64,000 bases of DNA, from the NCBI GenBank assembly GCA_963745035.1, contig CAVUVW010000021.1:288001-352000 (forward strand), given 5' to 3'. This DNA comes from an uncultured delta proteobacterium (GTDB lineage: Bacteria; Desulfobacterota; Binatia; UBA9968). Positions 32,414 to 42,544 of the stretch are shown one piece after another. Positions within the stretch are counted from its first letter, which is position 1. Each line of letters starts with the position of its first letter. A program made the position numbers and the translations under genes. The notes beneath the pieces are model-generated. The model was given only the letters and a program-made list of their open reading frames with translations, had not been told where the DNA came from and ran no database searches.

Positions 32414-35400
32414 GTGTATCCAACTTTTCATCCATTGATTCGGCGCTGGTTCGCGGACCGCTTTGACGGCCCGACGCCGGCGCAGGCCGAAGGTTGGTCG
32501 GCGATCGCCGCGGGCAAATCGACTTTGATCGCAGCGCCAACCGGCTCGGGAAAAACGCTGGCGGCGTTTCTCTGGTCTATTGATGGGCTGGTCAAACGCG
32601 CGCTTGCCGGCTCGCTCGACGAGCGCACGAGCGTGGTTTACGTCTCGCCGCTCAAGGCGCTCGGCAACGATATCGCGAAAAATCTGCAAGCGCCCCTCGC
32701 CGAAATGTACGAGCTCGCCGGGCGCGAAGGCATTCTCCTGCCGACTATCCGGGTGGCGGTGCGCTCCGGCGACACTCCGGCGCACGAACGCCAGGCGATG
32801 ACCAAACGGCCGCCGCACATCCTAATCACCACGCCCGAGTCGCTTTATATTCTGCTCACCGCGCCGCGCAGCCGGGAGTTTCTCAAGAGCGCTGAAACCT
32901 TGATCGTCGATGAGATCCACGCGGTAGCGCAGGATAAACGCGGCGCGCACCTGGCGCTCTCGCTCGAACGACTCGACGCTTTGGCGGGAAGGTCGCTGCA
33001 GCGGATCGGGCTAAGCGCCACTCAGAAACCTATTGAGGACGTCGCGCGTTTGCTCGTGGGGTCGGAGCATCTGCAGCCGGATGGCGCGCCGGATTGCTCG
33101 ATCATCGACGTCGGCCACCAGCGCGAAATGGAGCTTCGCATCGAAGTGCCGGACGTCGAGCTTGGCCCGATCATTCGACAGGATGTTTGGTCGGCGGTCT
33201 ACGATAAACTCGTCGCACAAATTCAGGCGCATCGGACTACCTTGATTTTTGTCAACACGCGCAGGCTAGTGGAGCGCGTTGCCCACCAGCTGACCGAGCG
33301 TCTGGGCGAAGGCAAAGTCGGCGCGCATCATGGCAGCCTGTCGCGCAAGACGCGCCTCGAAGTCGAAGAAAAACTCAAGACCGGCCAGTACTCTGCCGTG
33401 GTTGCCACCGCCTCACTGGAGCTCGGCATCGACATCGGCCACGTCGACGTCGTCTGTCATATCGGCTCGCCGCGCAATCTTGCGGTTTTGCTGCAGCGGG
33501 TCGGCCGCTCGGGCCACTGGCTCGGTGCGATTCCCAAAGGAGTTTTCTTCCCGCTCACGCGCGACGACTTGCTGCAGGCCAGTGCCGCGGTTCGCGCCGT
33601 GCGCCAGGGAGAACTGGATAAGCTGACGGTCATCGACAAGCCGCTCGATATTCTTGCTCAGCAAATGGTCGCGATCGTCGCGAGCTTGGAGCCGGCCGGC
33701 GGATTGGGTCACAAAGACGAGGGGATCAGCGAAGAGGCGCTGTGGAAGCTGGTGCGCTCGGCGTATCCGTACAGAGATCTTGCCCGTAAAGACTTCGATC
33801 AGGTTTTGGAAATGCTCAGCGAAGGGGTTGAGACCCGGCGCAGCCGGCGCAGCGCCTATCTGCATCGAGACCGCATTCACGGCATGCTGCGTGCCCGGCG
33901 CGGCGCCCGTCTGACTGCGATTACCAACGGCGGGGCAATCCCCGACACCGCCGATTATCGCGTGATCGAGTTTCCCAGCGAGACCTTCGTCGGCACAGTG
34001 AACGAAGATTTCGCCATCGAAAGTTTGGCCGGTGATATTTTTCTCCTCGGCAATCGTTCCTGGCGGATTCGCCGCGTCGGTTCCGGCCAAATGTGGGTGG
34101 AAGACGCTCAAGGGCTGCCACCGAGCATTCCTTTTTGGATGGGCGAGGCGCCGGCGCGCACGTTGGAATTATCCGCAGCGGTCTCCGAGCTGCGGAAAGC
34201 CGTGGCAGCCCGGCTTGCCGATCGCGATCAGGTGATTCAATGGTTGATCACTGAAGTGCCGGTGCCGCAAGCCGCGGCCGAACAGATCGCCGACTACGTC
34301 TCCGAGACCGTGCAGATGCTTGGCACCGTGCCAACGCAGGACAAGCTCATCGCCGAGCGCTTCTTCGACGAAGCCGGCGGCATGCAATTGATTCTTCATT
34401 CACCCTGGGGTGGGCGCATCAATCGGGCCTGGGGGCTTGCCCTGCGCAAGCGCTTTTGCGTGAGCTTCGATCGCGAGCTCCAAGCGGCGGCGACCGACGA
34501 CGGTCTATGCATTTCGCTGGTCGAGCAGCACTCGTTTCCGCTGTCCGATGTGTTTTCGATGCTCCGTCCGGGGAACTTGGAGTACAACCTGACCCAGGCA
34601 GCGTTGGCGTCGCCGATGTTCGACAACCGCTGGCGCTGGAACGCGAGCCGCGCGCTGGCGATCCGCCGCCACAACGGTGGTCGCAAGGTCCCGGTGGCGC
34701 TCCAGCGCATGCGCGCCGAAGATCTCCTCGCAGCGGTCTTTCCCGAGCAGGTGATGTGTCAGGACAACCGCAGCGGTCCGGTCGAGCTGCCCGATCATCC
34801 GCTGGTCAAAGAAACCATGGGCGATTGTCTCCATGAGGCGATGGACGTGGACGGTCTCAGAGATATCCTAGCGCGCATCGAAAGCGGCGCCATCGAGACG
34901 ATCGCCATCGACACCGCCGCGCCGTCGCCGATGGCCCACGAAATTCTCAACGCCAACCCGTACGCTTTTCTCGACGACGCGCCGCTCGAGGAGCGGCGCG
35001 CGCGGGCCGTTTCTCTGCGCAGGGTAGATCCTCGCCTCGCCCAGGAATTCGGCCGGCTCGACGCCGCAGCCATCGAGGAGGTACGCCGGCAGGCTTGGCC
35101 CGAAGTGCGCAGCGCCGACGAATTGCATGACCTTCTGCTCGGTGTCTGTCTGCTGCCGGAAAATCTGCGTCCGGACTGGGAGCCCATGGCCAAGGCGCTG
35201 ATCCGCGACGGCCGGGCAGCGGTCGCCGAATGGCGCGTGGGAGACGACACGCGGCGCGCCTACGTCGCTGCCGAGCGCGTCGATCTAGCGCGCCGCGCCA
35301 TGCCGAGCGTCGCGCTTGTTCCGCCGATCGAGCTGCCGCTCGGGTTTGTCGATGAAGTCGCATCGGAAGAAGAAGCTTACCGGAAGATCGTTCAGGGTTG

Positions 35401-36763
35401 GCTCGAAGTGAGCGGGCCGGTGACTGCAGGCGGACTGGCGCAACAGTTGGGATTGTCGCGGCAGAAAATCGATATCGCGTTGCTCGCCCTGGAAAGCGCC
35501 GGTGCGGTGCTGCGCGGCGAGTTCACCGGCGCGACGCGGCCTGTGGGCGAAACCGAATGGTGCGATCGCGTGCTTCTGGCGCGCATTCATCGCTTGACTC
35601 TGGGGCGCATGCGCAAAGAGATCGAGCCGGTGTCGGCGGCGGAGTTCATGCGCTTTCTCCTGGCCTGGCAGCACGCCGTTCCCGATGCCAAGCTGCGTGG
35701 CCGCGACGGCGTCTTGCAAGTGATTGAGCAGCTGCAAGGACTGGAGCTGCCCGCGCCGGCGTGGGAGCAGCAGATTCTGCCGGCGCGCATCGAGCGCTAC
35801 GATCCCGCCGATCTCGAACATCTTTGCCTGGGCGGCATGGTGGCGTGGGGACGGCTCCGGTGGGAGGACGCAAGCCGCGAAGAAAGCGCAATGCCGGTGC
35901 GAGCGGGCCGGCGCGGCAGAAGAGTGCTTGCTCCGGCGCGCAACGCGCCGATCTCTTTTCTCTTGCGCGCCGATCTCGATCTCTTTCTTGAGGCTTCGGC
36001 TGTGCCCTTGGAGCAAATCGCCACGCTTTCGCCGATGGCGCGAGAAGTGGCGGGTTATCTCGAGCGGCACGGCGCGTCTTTCTTGAGCGACATCTCGCGC
36101 GGTACTGGCATGCTGCGCGTCAAAGTGGAAGAGGCGCTGTGGCAGTTGGTGGCGCACGGACTGGCGAGCGGCGACGGCATAGCCGGGCTGAGAGTCTTGC
36201 TGACGCCGGATCACAAACGCGTCGAGCGCCGGCGCAGCCTGCACGTCATCTCGGGCGGCCGGAGCCCCGAGCGCTCGATGCCGGTTGGACGTTGGGCGCT
36301 CTGGCGCCAGCGCCGCTCGAGCGAGGACTCCACGAGCGGCGAGGCGATTCTCGAGCGTCGCGCACGGCAGTTGCTCCAGCGCTACGGCGTGGTGTTTCGC
36401 GAGCTGCTGGCGCGCGAAACGATCATGCCGCCGTGGCGGAGCCTGCTCGCGGTCTATCGGCGTTTGGAAGCGCGCGGCGAGATTCGCGGCGGGCGTTTTG
36501 TCGGAGGCTTTGTCGGCGAGCAGTTTGCCCTGCCCCAGGCGATCGATTCGCTGCGCGCCCTTCGGCGCCGCGAGGAGCATGAACCGCCGGTTGTGGTTTC
36601 GGCAGCGGACCCATTGAATTTACTAGGAATTGTCTTTCCTGGCACGAGGGTTTCGCCGTATTCGAATCAGGTGATCGCCTACGTCGACGGACTGCCCGTC
36701 GGCGTCGGATTATTGGGAGAGATATTGAGCCGGCTACAGGAATTGCCGGCCCAACAAAGTTGA
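32414..36763 (+). CDS. lhr: Lhr family SF2 helicase, full-length form with C-terminal extension
   Basis: APTGSGKT, SPLKAL, TTPESL, DEIH, SLELGIDIG, QRVGRSGH, LLQRYGVV..GEIRGGRFV. Confidence 0.93.
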   Translation: MYPTFHPLIRRWFADRFDGPTPAQAEGWSAIAAGKSTLIAAPTGSGKTLAAFLWSIDGLVKRALAGSLDERTSVVYVSPLKALGNDIAKNLQAPLAEMYELAGREGILLPTIRVAVRSGDTPAHERQAMTKRPPHILITTPESLYILLTAPRSREFLKSAETLIVDEIHAVAQDKRGAHLALSLERLDALAGRSLQRIGLSATQKPIEDVARLLVGSEHLQPDGAPDCSIIDVGHQREMELRIEVPDVELGPIIRQDVWSAVYDKLVAQIQAHRTTLIFVNTRRLVERVAHQLTERLGEGKVGAHHGSLSRKTRLEVEEKLKTGQYSAVVATASLELGIDIGHVDVVCHIGSPRNLAVLLQRVGRSGHWLGAIPKGVFFPLTRDDLLQASAAVRAVRQGELDKLTVIDKPLDILAQQMVAIVASLEPAGGLGHKDEGISEEALWKLVRSAYPYRDLARKDFDQVLEMLSEGVETRRSRRSAYLHRDRIHGMLRARRGARLTAITNGGAIPDTADYRVIEFPSETFVGTVNEDFAIESLAGDIFLLGNRSWRIRRVGSGQMWVEDAQGLPPSIPFWMGEAPARTLELSAAVSELRKAVAARLADRDQVIQWLITEVPVPQAAAEQIADYVSETVQMLGTVPTQDKLIAERFFDEAGGMQLILHSPWGGRINRAWGLALRKRFCVSFDRELQAAATDDGLCISLVEQHSFPLSDVFSMLRPGNLEYNLTQAALASPMFDNRWRWNASRALAIRRHNGGRKVPVALQRMRAEDLLAAVFPEQVMCQDNRSGPVELPDHPLVKETMGDCLHEAMDVDGLRDILARIESGAIETIAIDTAAPSPMAHEILNANPYAFLDDAPLEERRARAVSLRRVDPRLAQEFGRLDAAAIEEVRRQAWPEVRSADELHDLLLGVCLLPENLRPDWEPMAKALIRDGRAAVAEWRVGDDTRRAYVAAERVDLARRAMPSVALVPPIELPLGFVDEVASEEEAYRKIVQGWLEVSGPVTAGGLAQQLGLSRQKIDIALLALESAGAVLRGEFTGATRPVGETEWCDRVLLARIHRLTLGRMRKEIEPVSAAEFMRFLLAWQHAVPDAKLRGRDGVLQVIEQLQGLELPAPAWEQQILPARIERYDPADLEHLCLGGMVAWGRLRWEDASREESAMPVRAGRRGRRVLAPARNAPISFLLRADLDLFLEASAVPLEQIATLSPMAREVAGYLERHGASFLSDISRGTGMLRVKVEEALWQLVAHGLASGDGIAGLRVLLTPDHKRVERRRSLHVISGGRSPERSMPVGRWALWRQRRSSEDSTSGEAILERRARQLLQRYGVVFRELLARETIMPPWRSLLAVYRRLEARGEIRGGRFVGGFVGEQFALPQAIDSLRALRRREEHEPPVVVSAADPLNLLGIVFPGTRVSPYSNQVIAYVDGLPVGVGLLGEILSRLQELPAQQS

Positions 36764-36836
36764 CGAAAAAAGCCGCCATGACGGACGCAGCATCGCCCGC
36801 GTGTTACTGAGAGCAGAATTTGCAGTGAAAGAAATT

Positions 36837-36881
36837 GCCGACTCCGTTGGAGTCGGCTGGTAGCCGAAGTCATCGGCTGCC
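36837..36881 (-). terminator. Twin hairpins between convergent genes, probable intrinsic terminator
   Basis: gccgactcc-gtt-ggagtcggc (perfect 9 bp) with T-rich tail on the minus strand; second stem ggtagccga/tcggctgcc. Confidence 0.6.
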
Positions 36882-36885
36882 GAAC

Positions 36886-37173
36886 TTACATCCGCGCCTG
36901 ACCGTTTATCTGCTTGGACATCGGTGAGCTCAGCACTTCTTTCAAGACACGGATCTCGACCACGTCTTCTTGCAGCCGGGTCAGGCCTTCTTTGGCGCGG
37001 TGAATTTCCGCGAGCATGGAATCCAGCTCGCCGATACTGATCGATTCGAGAGCCTGGCGGATCTTGCGATTCATGCCGAACAGATTCTGAAATCCGCCAT
37101 TGTCGGATATTTTGTTATCGAGCTCGTTGTAGACGCGGGTCACGCCTTCCATCTGACTCTTGACATCATCCAC
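36886..37173 (-). CDS. Hypothetical helical/coiled-coil protein
   Basis: 95 aa, GTG start with AGGAGG RBS and downstream terminator. Confidence 0.7.
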   Translation of the reverse strand: MDDVKSQMEGVTRVYNELDNKISDNGGFQNLFGMNRKIRQALESISIGELDSMLAEIHRAKEGLTRLQEDVVEIRVLKEVLSSPMSKQINGQARM

Positions 37174-37359
37174 GGGGAATCCTCCTTGTGTGCTTGCGAC
37201 GGATGTTGGGTTGTTGTAACTAGCTCAGATCATAGTTGCGATGAGAAAACAAGGGCAATGCGCGTCATAAAACGAATTCGCGGTAACTCGAAATCCCTAG
37301 CGATGAAAATAAAGTAAAACCGTTGACACGATCGCATAGCGTCGGCGAGGTGACTACAC

Positions 37360-39591
37360 ATGAACGAGATTCGTAGCGTCGGTATTCCCAGCCCTAGAGT
37401 GGAAGGCGAACAAAAAGTCGGCGGCGCCGCGGTGTACGCCGTCGATGTCGCGCTGCCCGATATGCTGTGGGCGAAGGTGTTGCGCAGCCCGATCGCCCAC
37501 GGCCGCATCAAAAGAATCGACGCTGCCAAGGCGCTTGGCTTGCCGGGAGTGAAGGCGGTCTTGACCGGCGCCGATCTCGCCGGCGCGCGCATCGGCAAGA
37601 AGATCGTCGATATGCCGCTGCTGGCGCAAGACGTCGTGCGCTACGCCGGCGAGAAGGTTGCGGCAGTAGCGGCCGAGAGCGAAGCCGTCGCCGAGACGGC
37701 GCTGGACTTGATCGAAGTCGAGTATGAAGAGTTGCCGGTCGTGACCGATCCCCTGGTGGCCATGGCCGCCGACGCGCCGCTGCTGCATCCCAACTTGGGC
37801 GAGTACAAAGGCCTGCTGCACAAGATCGACGCGCCGAGCAACGTGTTCGTGCGCCTCAACTGGAAGAAGGGCGACGTCGAAGAGGGCTTTCGCCAGTCCG
37901 ACGCGGTGGTGGAAAACACGTTTACGGTTCCCGCCGTGCACCAGGCCTACATCGAGCCGCACTGTTCGATCGTGCGCATTCTTCCGGACGGCGGCGCGGA
38001 GATCTGGTCATCGAACAAGAGTCCGTTCGCCCTGCGCGATCAGGTCGGCAACGCCTTGCAGATCGCGCCGGCGAGCCTGACTGTCCGGCCGTGCTACGTC
38101 GGCGGCGACTTCGGCGGCAAGGGCGACGGCAACGACGTCGCGCTTTGTTATGCGTTGGCGCGTCGCTGCGGCCGGCCGGTAAAGCTGTTGATCGACTACA
38201 CCGAGGAGCTCATGGCTGGCAATCCGCGCCACGGCGCGGTTATCCGAGTAAAAACCGGCGTGAAGAAGAACGGCATTCTCATCGCCCAGCACGTGCAGTT
38301 CGTTTTCGACAGCGGAGCGTACGGGGCTTATCGGCCTCAAGGGTTTCTGGTCGGCGCGCACGACGCGCCGGGACCCTATCGCGTGCCCAACTGTCTGGTG
38401 GAAGAAAAATACGTCTACACCAACAAGATGCCCTGCGGCTACATGCGCGCGCCCGGCCATCTCCAGGCGATGTTCGCGTGCGAAAGCCAGGCGGATCTGG
38501 TGGCGCGCCGCTTGGGCATCGACCCCATCGAATTCCGCCGCATGAATCTCATGCGCGACGGCGACGCCGCGCCACTCGGCGAAGTGGTGCCGCACGTGAA
38601 GGCCACGGAAACTCTGGCAAGAGCGCTTGACGAGTCGGGCTACCGGCGCGCTAAACCGAAGCACACCGGACGGGGCTGCGCCATCGCCGATTGGGTGTCC
38701 AAGGGTGGCGAATCGTACGCGCTGCTGCGCATCGACGAGCAGGGCGTGGTCACGCTCGCCTCCGCCGTCACCGACACCGGTCCCGGAGTGTTTACCATGA
38801 TGCGCCAGATCGTCGGCGAGGAGCTCAAGGTCGCGCTCGATGCGGTGCGCGTGGAGATGCTCGATTCGTCCAAAGTGCTCAAGGACACCGGAGTGCGCGG
38901 CAGCAGCAGCACGCGGGTGCACGGCAGCTCGGCGCTCGATGCCGCGCGCAAGATGCAAACGGAAATTCTCAACGCCGCGGGACGGGCGATGCAGGCGGCG
39001 CCAGAGGACCTGATTCTCTACGACGGCGGCGTCACACACGGGCGGGCAGAGCGGCGCATGACCTACGCGGAAATCGTCCGCGCCCACGGCGCGCCGCTGA
39101 CGGTGGAAGGCCACTACGTCAATATGGCGGACGGGCCCGAAGCGTCGCTGGTGGCGCAAGTGGCCGAAGTCGAAGTCGACGCCGAGACCGGCGAGGTGCG
39201 CGTCAAAAAATTGACCACCGCGCACAACACCGGCGCGATCTTGAATCCGCTCACCCACCAGGGCCAGATCGACGGCGCGGTGGTCATGGGCATGGGCTAC
39301 GGCTTGATCGAGAACTTGGCTTACGACGAGAGCGGCAAAGTGCTCGCCGCCAATCTCGGCGACTACAAGATCCCCAACATTCAGGACATTCCGCCGCTCC
39401 ATACGGCGATCCTGCAATCGGACTTCGGCAGCGGGCCGTACAACAGCATGAGCATCGGCGAAACCGCGCTGATCCCGACGGCGGCGGCCATCGCCAACGC
39501 CGTCGAAGATGCCGTCGGAGTGCGCATTAAATCGCTGCCGATCACGGCGGAAAAAGTTCTGAACGGGCTCAAGGGAAGAGCGCCGGATTGA
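37360..39591 (+). CDS. Xanthine dehydrogenase family molybdopterin-binding large subunit
   Basis: LRSPIAHG, QAYIEPH, GGDFGGK, MRAPG, GQIDGA, SIGE. Confidence 0.92.
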   Translation: MNEIRSVGIPSPRVEGEQKVGGAAVYAVDVALPDMLWAKVLRSPIAHGRIKRIDAAKALGLPGVKAVLTGADLAGARIGKKIVDMPLLAQDVVRYAGEKVAAVAAESEAVAETALDLIEVEYEELPVVTDPLVAMAADAPLLHPNLGEYKGLLHKIDAPSNVFVRLNWKKGDVEEGFRQSDAVVENTFTVPAVHQAYIEPHCSIVRILPDGGAEIWSSNKSPFALRDQVGNALQIAPASLTVRPCYVGGDFGGKGDGNDVALCYALARRCGRPVKLLIDYTEELMAGNPRHGAVIRVKTGVKKNGILIAQHVQFVFDSGAYGAYRPQGFLVGAHDAPGPYRVPNCLVEEKYVYTNKMPCGYMRAPGHLQAMFACESQADLVARRLGIDPIEFRRMNLMRDGDAAPLGEVVPHVKATETLARALDESGYRRAKPKHTGRGCAIADWVSKGGESYALLRIDEQGVVTLASAVTDTGPGVFTMMRQIVGEELKVALDAVRVEMLDSSKVLKDTGVRGSSSTRVHGSSALDAARKMQTEILNAAGRAMQAAPEDLILYDGGVTHGRAERRMTYAEIVRAHGAPLTVEGHYVNMADGPEASLVAQVAEVEVDAETGEVRVKKLTTAHNTGAILNPLTHQGQIDGAVVMGMGYGLIENLAYDESGKVLAANLGDYKIPNIQDIPPLHTAILQSDFGSGPYNSMSIGETALIPTAAAIANAVEDAVGVRIKSLPITAEKVLNGLKGRAPD

Positions 39592-39649
39592 TGCCGCCGC
39601 AAAGTCGCCCGCGCGCCGCAAGCGCGCCTCGATCCGGCCATCTTTTCTG

Positions 39650-40015
39650 ATGCCCGGCGTTGGCTTCACCCCGCTGCGCCGCATCGTGCTGGCGGCGCGC
39701 TATTCCTGGCAGGGGCTCCGCGCCGCCTGGCGCAGGCAGGCGGCGTTGCGCTATGAAGTTTGTCTCTCGCTGCCGATCGTTGCGCTCGGGTGGTGGCTTG
39801 GGCGAAGCGGCGTCGAGCGCGCTTTGTTGATCGGGAGCTGGCTTGCGGTGATCGTCGTCGAGCTCGTCAATTCCGCCATCGAGACGGTCGTGGACCGGAT
39901 CGGCAGCGACCTCCACGAGCTGTCCGGACGCGCCAAGGATCTCGGCTCGGCGGCGGTTTTCTGCTCGATAGTTGTGGCGGCGACGGTTTGGTTGCTTGTG
40001 CTGCTCGATCGCTAG
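39650..40015 (+). CDS. dgkA: Prokaryotic diacylglycerol kinase
   Basis: YSWQGL, ELVNSAIETVVDRIG, SGRAKDLGSAAV. Confidence 0.93.
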   Translation: MPGVGFTPLRRIVLAARYSWQGLRAAWRRQAALRYEVCLSLPIVALGWWLGRSGVERALLIGSWLAVIVVELVNSAIETVVDRIGSDLHELSGRAKDLGSAAVFCSIVVAATVWLLVLLDR

Positions 40016-40197
40016 AGGCCGAGGAAAATTCCGAGTCAAGGAAACGAGGGCCGAGGACCAGCCTCGACTTAGAGTTTTCCTGGCGCGAAACGGTCACCGG
40101 ATTGAGTCGAATATTATCGACGCCAAAGATGAAGAGGATAAGGTCGTGTGCCGTCTAAATCTTAGCGACGGCGAATATAACATCTACGACGCGGTCA

Positions 40198-41116
40198 ATG
40201 AAACCATTCGTAACGCAAATGTCGGACGTTTCCACCGGGCGGACGAAGTGGCGCCGTCGTCGCTATCAGATCGCCGAAGCGTTTGCCGATTATTTCCCAT
40301 CCACTGAGTTTCCTGATTACGGAGCTTTTTTGACTGCCGGCGGGGATGCCATGAAACGGGAGCGAAGAACCCGGGTGGCAATTATTCGGCGCGGACGCCG
40401 GGGCGCGCCGGCCGATGGAATCTCGTCCTTTGTTCTCAAAGTGTACCGGTATCCTTTCATCCAGGGAATTCGCACCGGGTTTCAAATTTCCAAAGCTCAG
40501 CGGGAGTTTGACAGTCTTCGTTATTTGAACCGAATCGGAGTCGGCGCCGCCCAAGCGGTCGGTTATGGCGCAGAACGAACGTCGCTCGGCTTTGTGCGAT
40601 CTTGTTTTATCATCACTCGATTTGTCGACGATTCGATCGATCTTTCGCAGTGGTACGCCGAAGCGATACGCCAGGAAGAGGTCGCTGGGAAAAAAATAGA
40701 TGAGCTTTTTACCCAATTGGGTCGGATGTTCCGTCGTCTGCACCAGGAAAATTTCTTTCTGTTTACGGCCAAGCCAAAGAATATTCTGGTGCGTAATTGC
40801 CGAAATCACGCCAGAGCTAGTTTTGATCGATATTCCTTATGCGCGAACCCTCAAATGGCGGTTGCTCGCGCGTTGGGCACAAGCCCGGGACATCGCCGTT
40901 CTTTTTGGCAATGTCACTGGGCCACTGTCGGACACGGCAACCGAGCTATTTTACCGAGCCTATTTGCCGGATCCGTTGGGCTTTCCTTCGGACACCGTCA
41001 GACGTCACGCGCTGCGGCAATTGCGCGCCAGGCAACATCAGACGCTGATCTCGCGATGGACGCACCACCTGAAGCGGCGCTTGTCGGGAAAAGCGCGTCC
41101 ATCGTCGGTTTCTTGA
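40198..41116 (+). CDS. Kdo/WaaP/InaA family LPS kinase-like protein (frameshift near 40800; start uncertain)
   Basis: VLKVY, SKAQREF..L, LHQ..., KNILV, LVLID. Confidence 0.7.
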
Positions 41117-41134
41117 TCCTCACGGAAGTCACGC

Positions 41135-41804
41135 ATGGATGAGAATATACTTGCTCGTTATAACAGCGCCGAGGGCGCCGATGATTACCTTCACAAATTC
41201 GAACGCCGCTGGACCGAGCGGGTCAACAACCGGCAGGAACAGCGCTTGATCCGGCGCTTGCTCCGTTCGGTCTCGATGGTCGATCCTCATGGTTTGGCGC
41301 TCGACCTGCCGTGCGGTTATGGACGTCTCTATCCGATCGTTCGCGAGCTGGGAATACCGCGTGGTCGAGAGCGATTGGAGTTTTCCCTTGCTCACTGCTG
41401 CGCGGAGGATTCAGGCCCGCCGCTACGCGCTGGAGTCGTCGCAAAATTATGTGCGCGCGACGGCGCTCGCGCTGCCGTTTAGCGACGGCGCTTTCGAGTT
41501 CGTGCTTTCAGCGAGACTATCGCATCACATCAGGGACCACGAACAACGCTTGCAACATTTACGAGAACTCCTGCGGGTGAGCCGAAGATGGCTGATGTTT
41601 ACTTATTTCGATGCCGACTCGGTCAAAAATCGGATGCACGAACTGGGCAGGCGGTTTCGTGGCAAACGAGCGAAGTGGACCTTGACCTTCGAGGAAGTCC
41701 AGGCGGCCGGCCGTGCCGAAGGTTTCGAAGTCGTCCAATGGGCGTGGATTTCCCGCTTCTTTTCAGGCCATCGCTACGTGCTGATGCAACGAACTCGATT
41801 GTGA
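41135..41804 (+). CDS. Class I SAM-dependent methyltransferase (frameshift near 41354)
   Basis: LDLPCGYGR, LPFSDGAFE, RLSHH, LRELLRVSR. Confidence 0.85.
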
Positions 41805-41899
41805 TCGTCGCGCCGCAAAGCCTTTGGATCGCGCGACGATCCGTTCACGCAAGTCGAAAAATTCAATGCAACATCAGTGCAAAGAGCGGCGCTAATGAA

Positions 41900-42391
41900 T
41901 TAGTGGCTCCGCTTGCCGCGATCGTCGTGAAGGCGAAGGAAAAGATCATAGAAGGACGCGATGGTTCGCTCTTCGTATTGGGGATAGCCGTTTTTGGCGA
42001 GCGAGATGATCGTCAGGCTCAAGGGCCGTTTGTGCAGCTCCAGCAGCTCGGAGCCTTTGAGATCCAGGTAGGAGCCCACCGTGCGCAGCATATTGGCCAG
42101 GCTGTGGAAATCCGGCAGACGGTTGGGCTGTGAGCGCTTGGCGCGGCCCTGCCGGTCGAGCTGGTCCATGTCCTGGCCGCTGAACGTAAGCGCTGTGCTG
42201 AGCCCGTCGCTGCGCCGCTTTTTTTGCCAGTTGCGAAGCGCCGCAAGCAGCGAGGTTTCTTTCTCCGGCTCTCCTTTAACGACGATCCGCTCGCCGTCGC
42301 AGCTCAACTCGAAAACGCTGATGCGCTGCGCTTCGAGGGATTGTCCGATAGAGCGGAGTTGCTGGTGATATTCGGTGCGGCTCTGCGTCAT
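41900..42391 (-). CDS. Hypothetical protein with internal duplication
   Basis: Two LRx(I/V)GxxL(E/D) repeats; start could be 42403. Confidence 0.7.
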   Translation of the reverse strand: MTQSRTEYHQQLRSIGQSLEAQRISVFELSCDGERIVVKGEPEKETSLLAALRNWQKKRRSDGLSTALTFSGQDMDQLDRQGRAKRSQPNRLPDFHSLANMLRTVGSYLDLKGSELLELHKRPLSLTIISLAKNGYPQYEERTIASFYDLFLRLHDDRGKRSH

Positions 42392-42474
42392 ATATTCCAC
42401 CATCCAAAATAAGCACACTATATCGCGGCGGACTGTCATAGCATTGCCGGCCCATCTCCACAAGTCCCAGTTTC

Positions 42475-42503
42475 TTGACACGCCAGAACACTAAACGTAA
42501 GGT
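42475..42503 (+). promoter_or_regulatory. Putative sigma70 promoter of the ubiD-like gene
   Basis: TTGACA-17 nt-TAAGGT, followed by GGAGGAG RBS. Confidence 0.5.
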
Positions 42504-42544
42504 AACTCATTCAACATTTATCCAGCGTTTTTACGGAGGAGCTC

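Noticed and set aside
32414-36763. Lhr as an anti-phage defence system
   Set aside because: Ordinary full-length Lhr repair helicase with no defence-type partner genes adjacent
37360-39591. Aerobic CO dehydrogenase CoxL
   Set aside because: Lacks the AYxCSFR/AYxGAGR motif and adjacent coxMS
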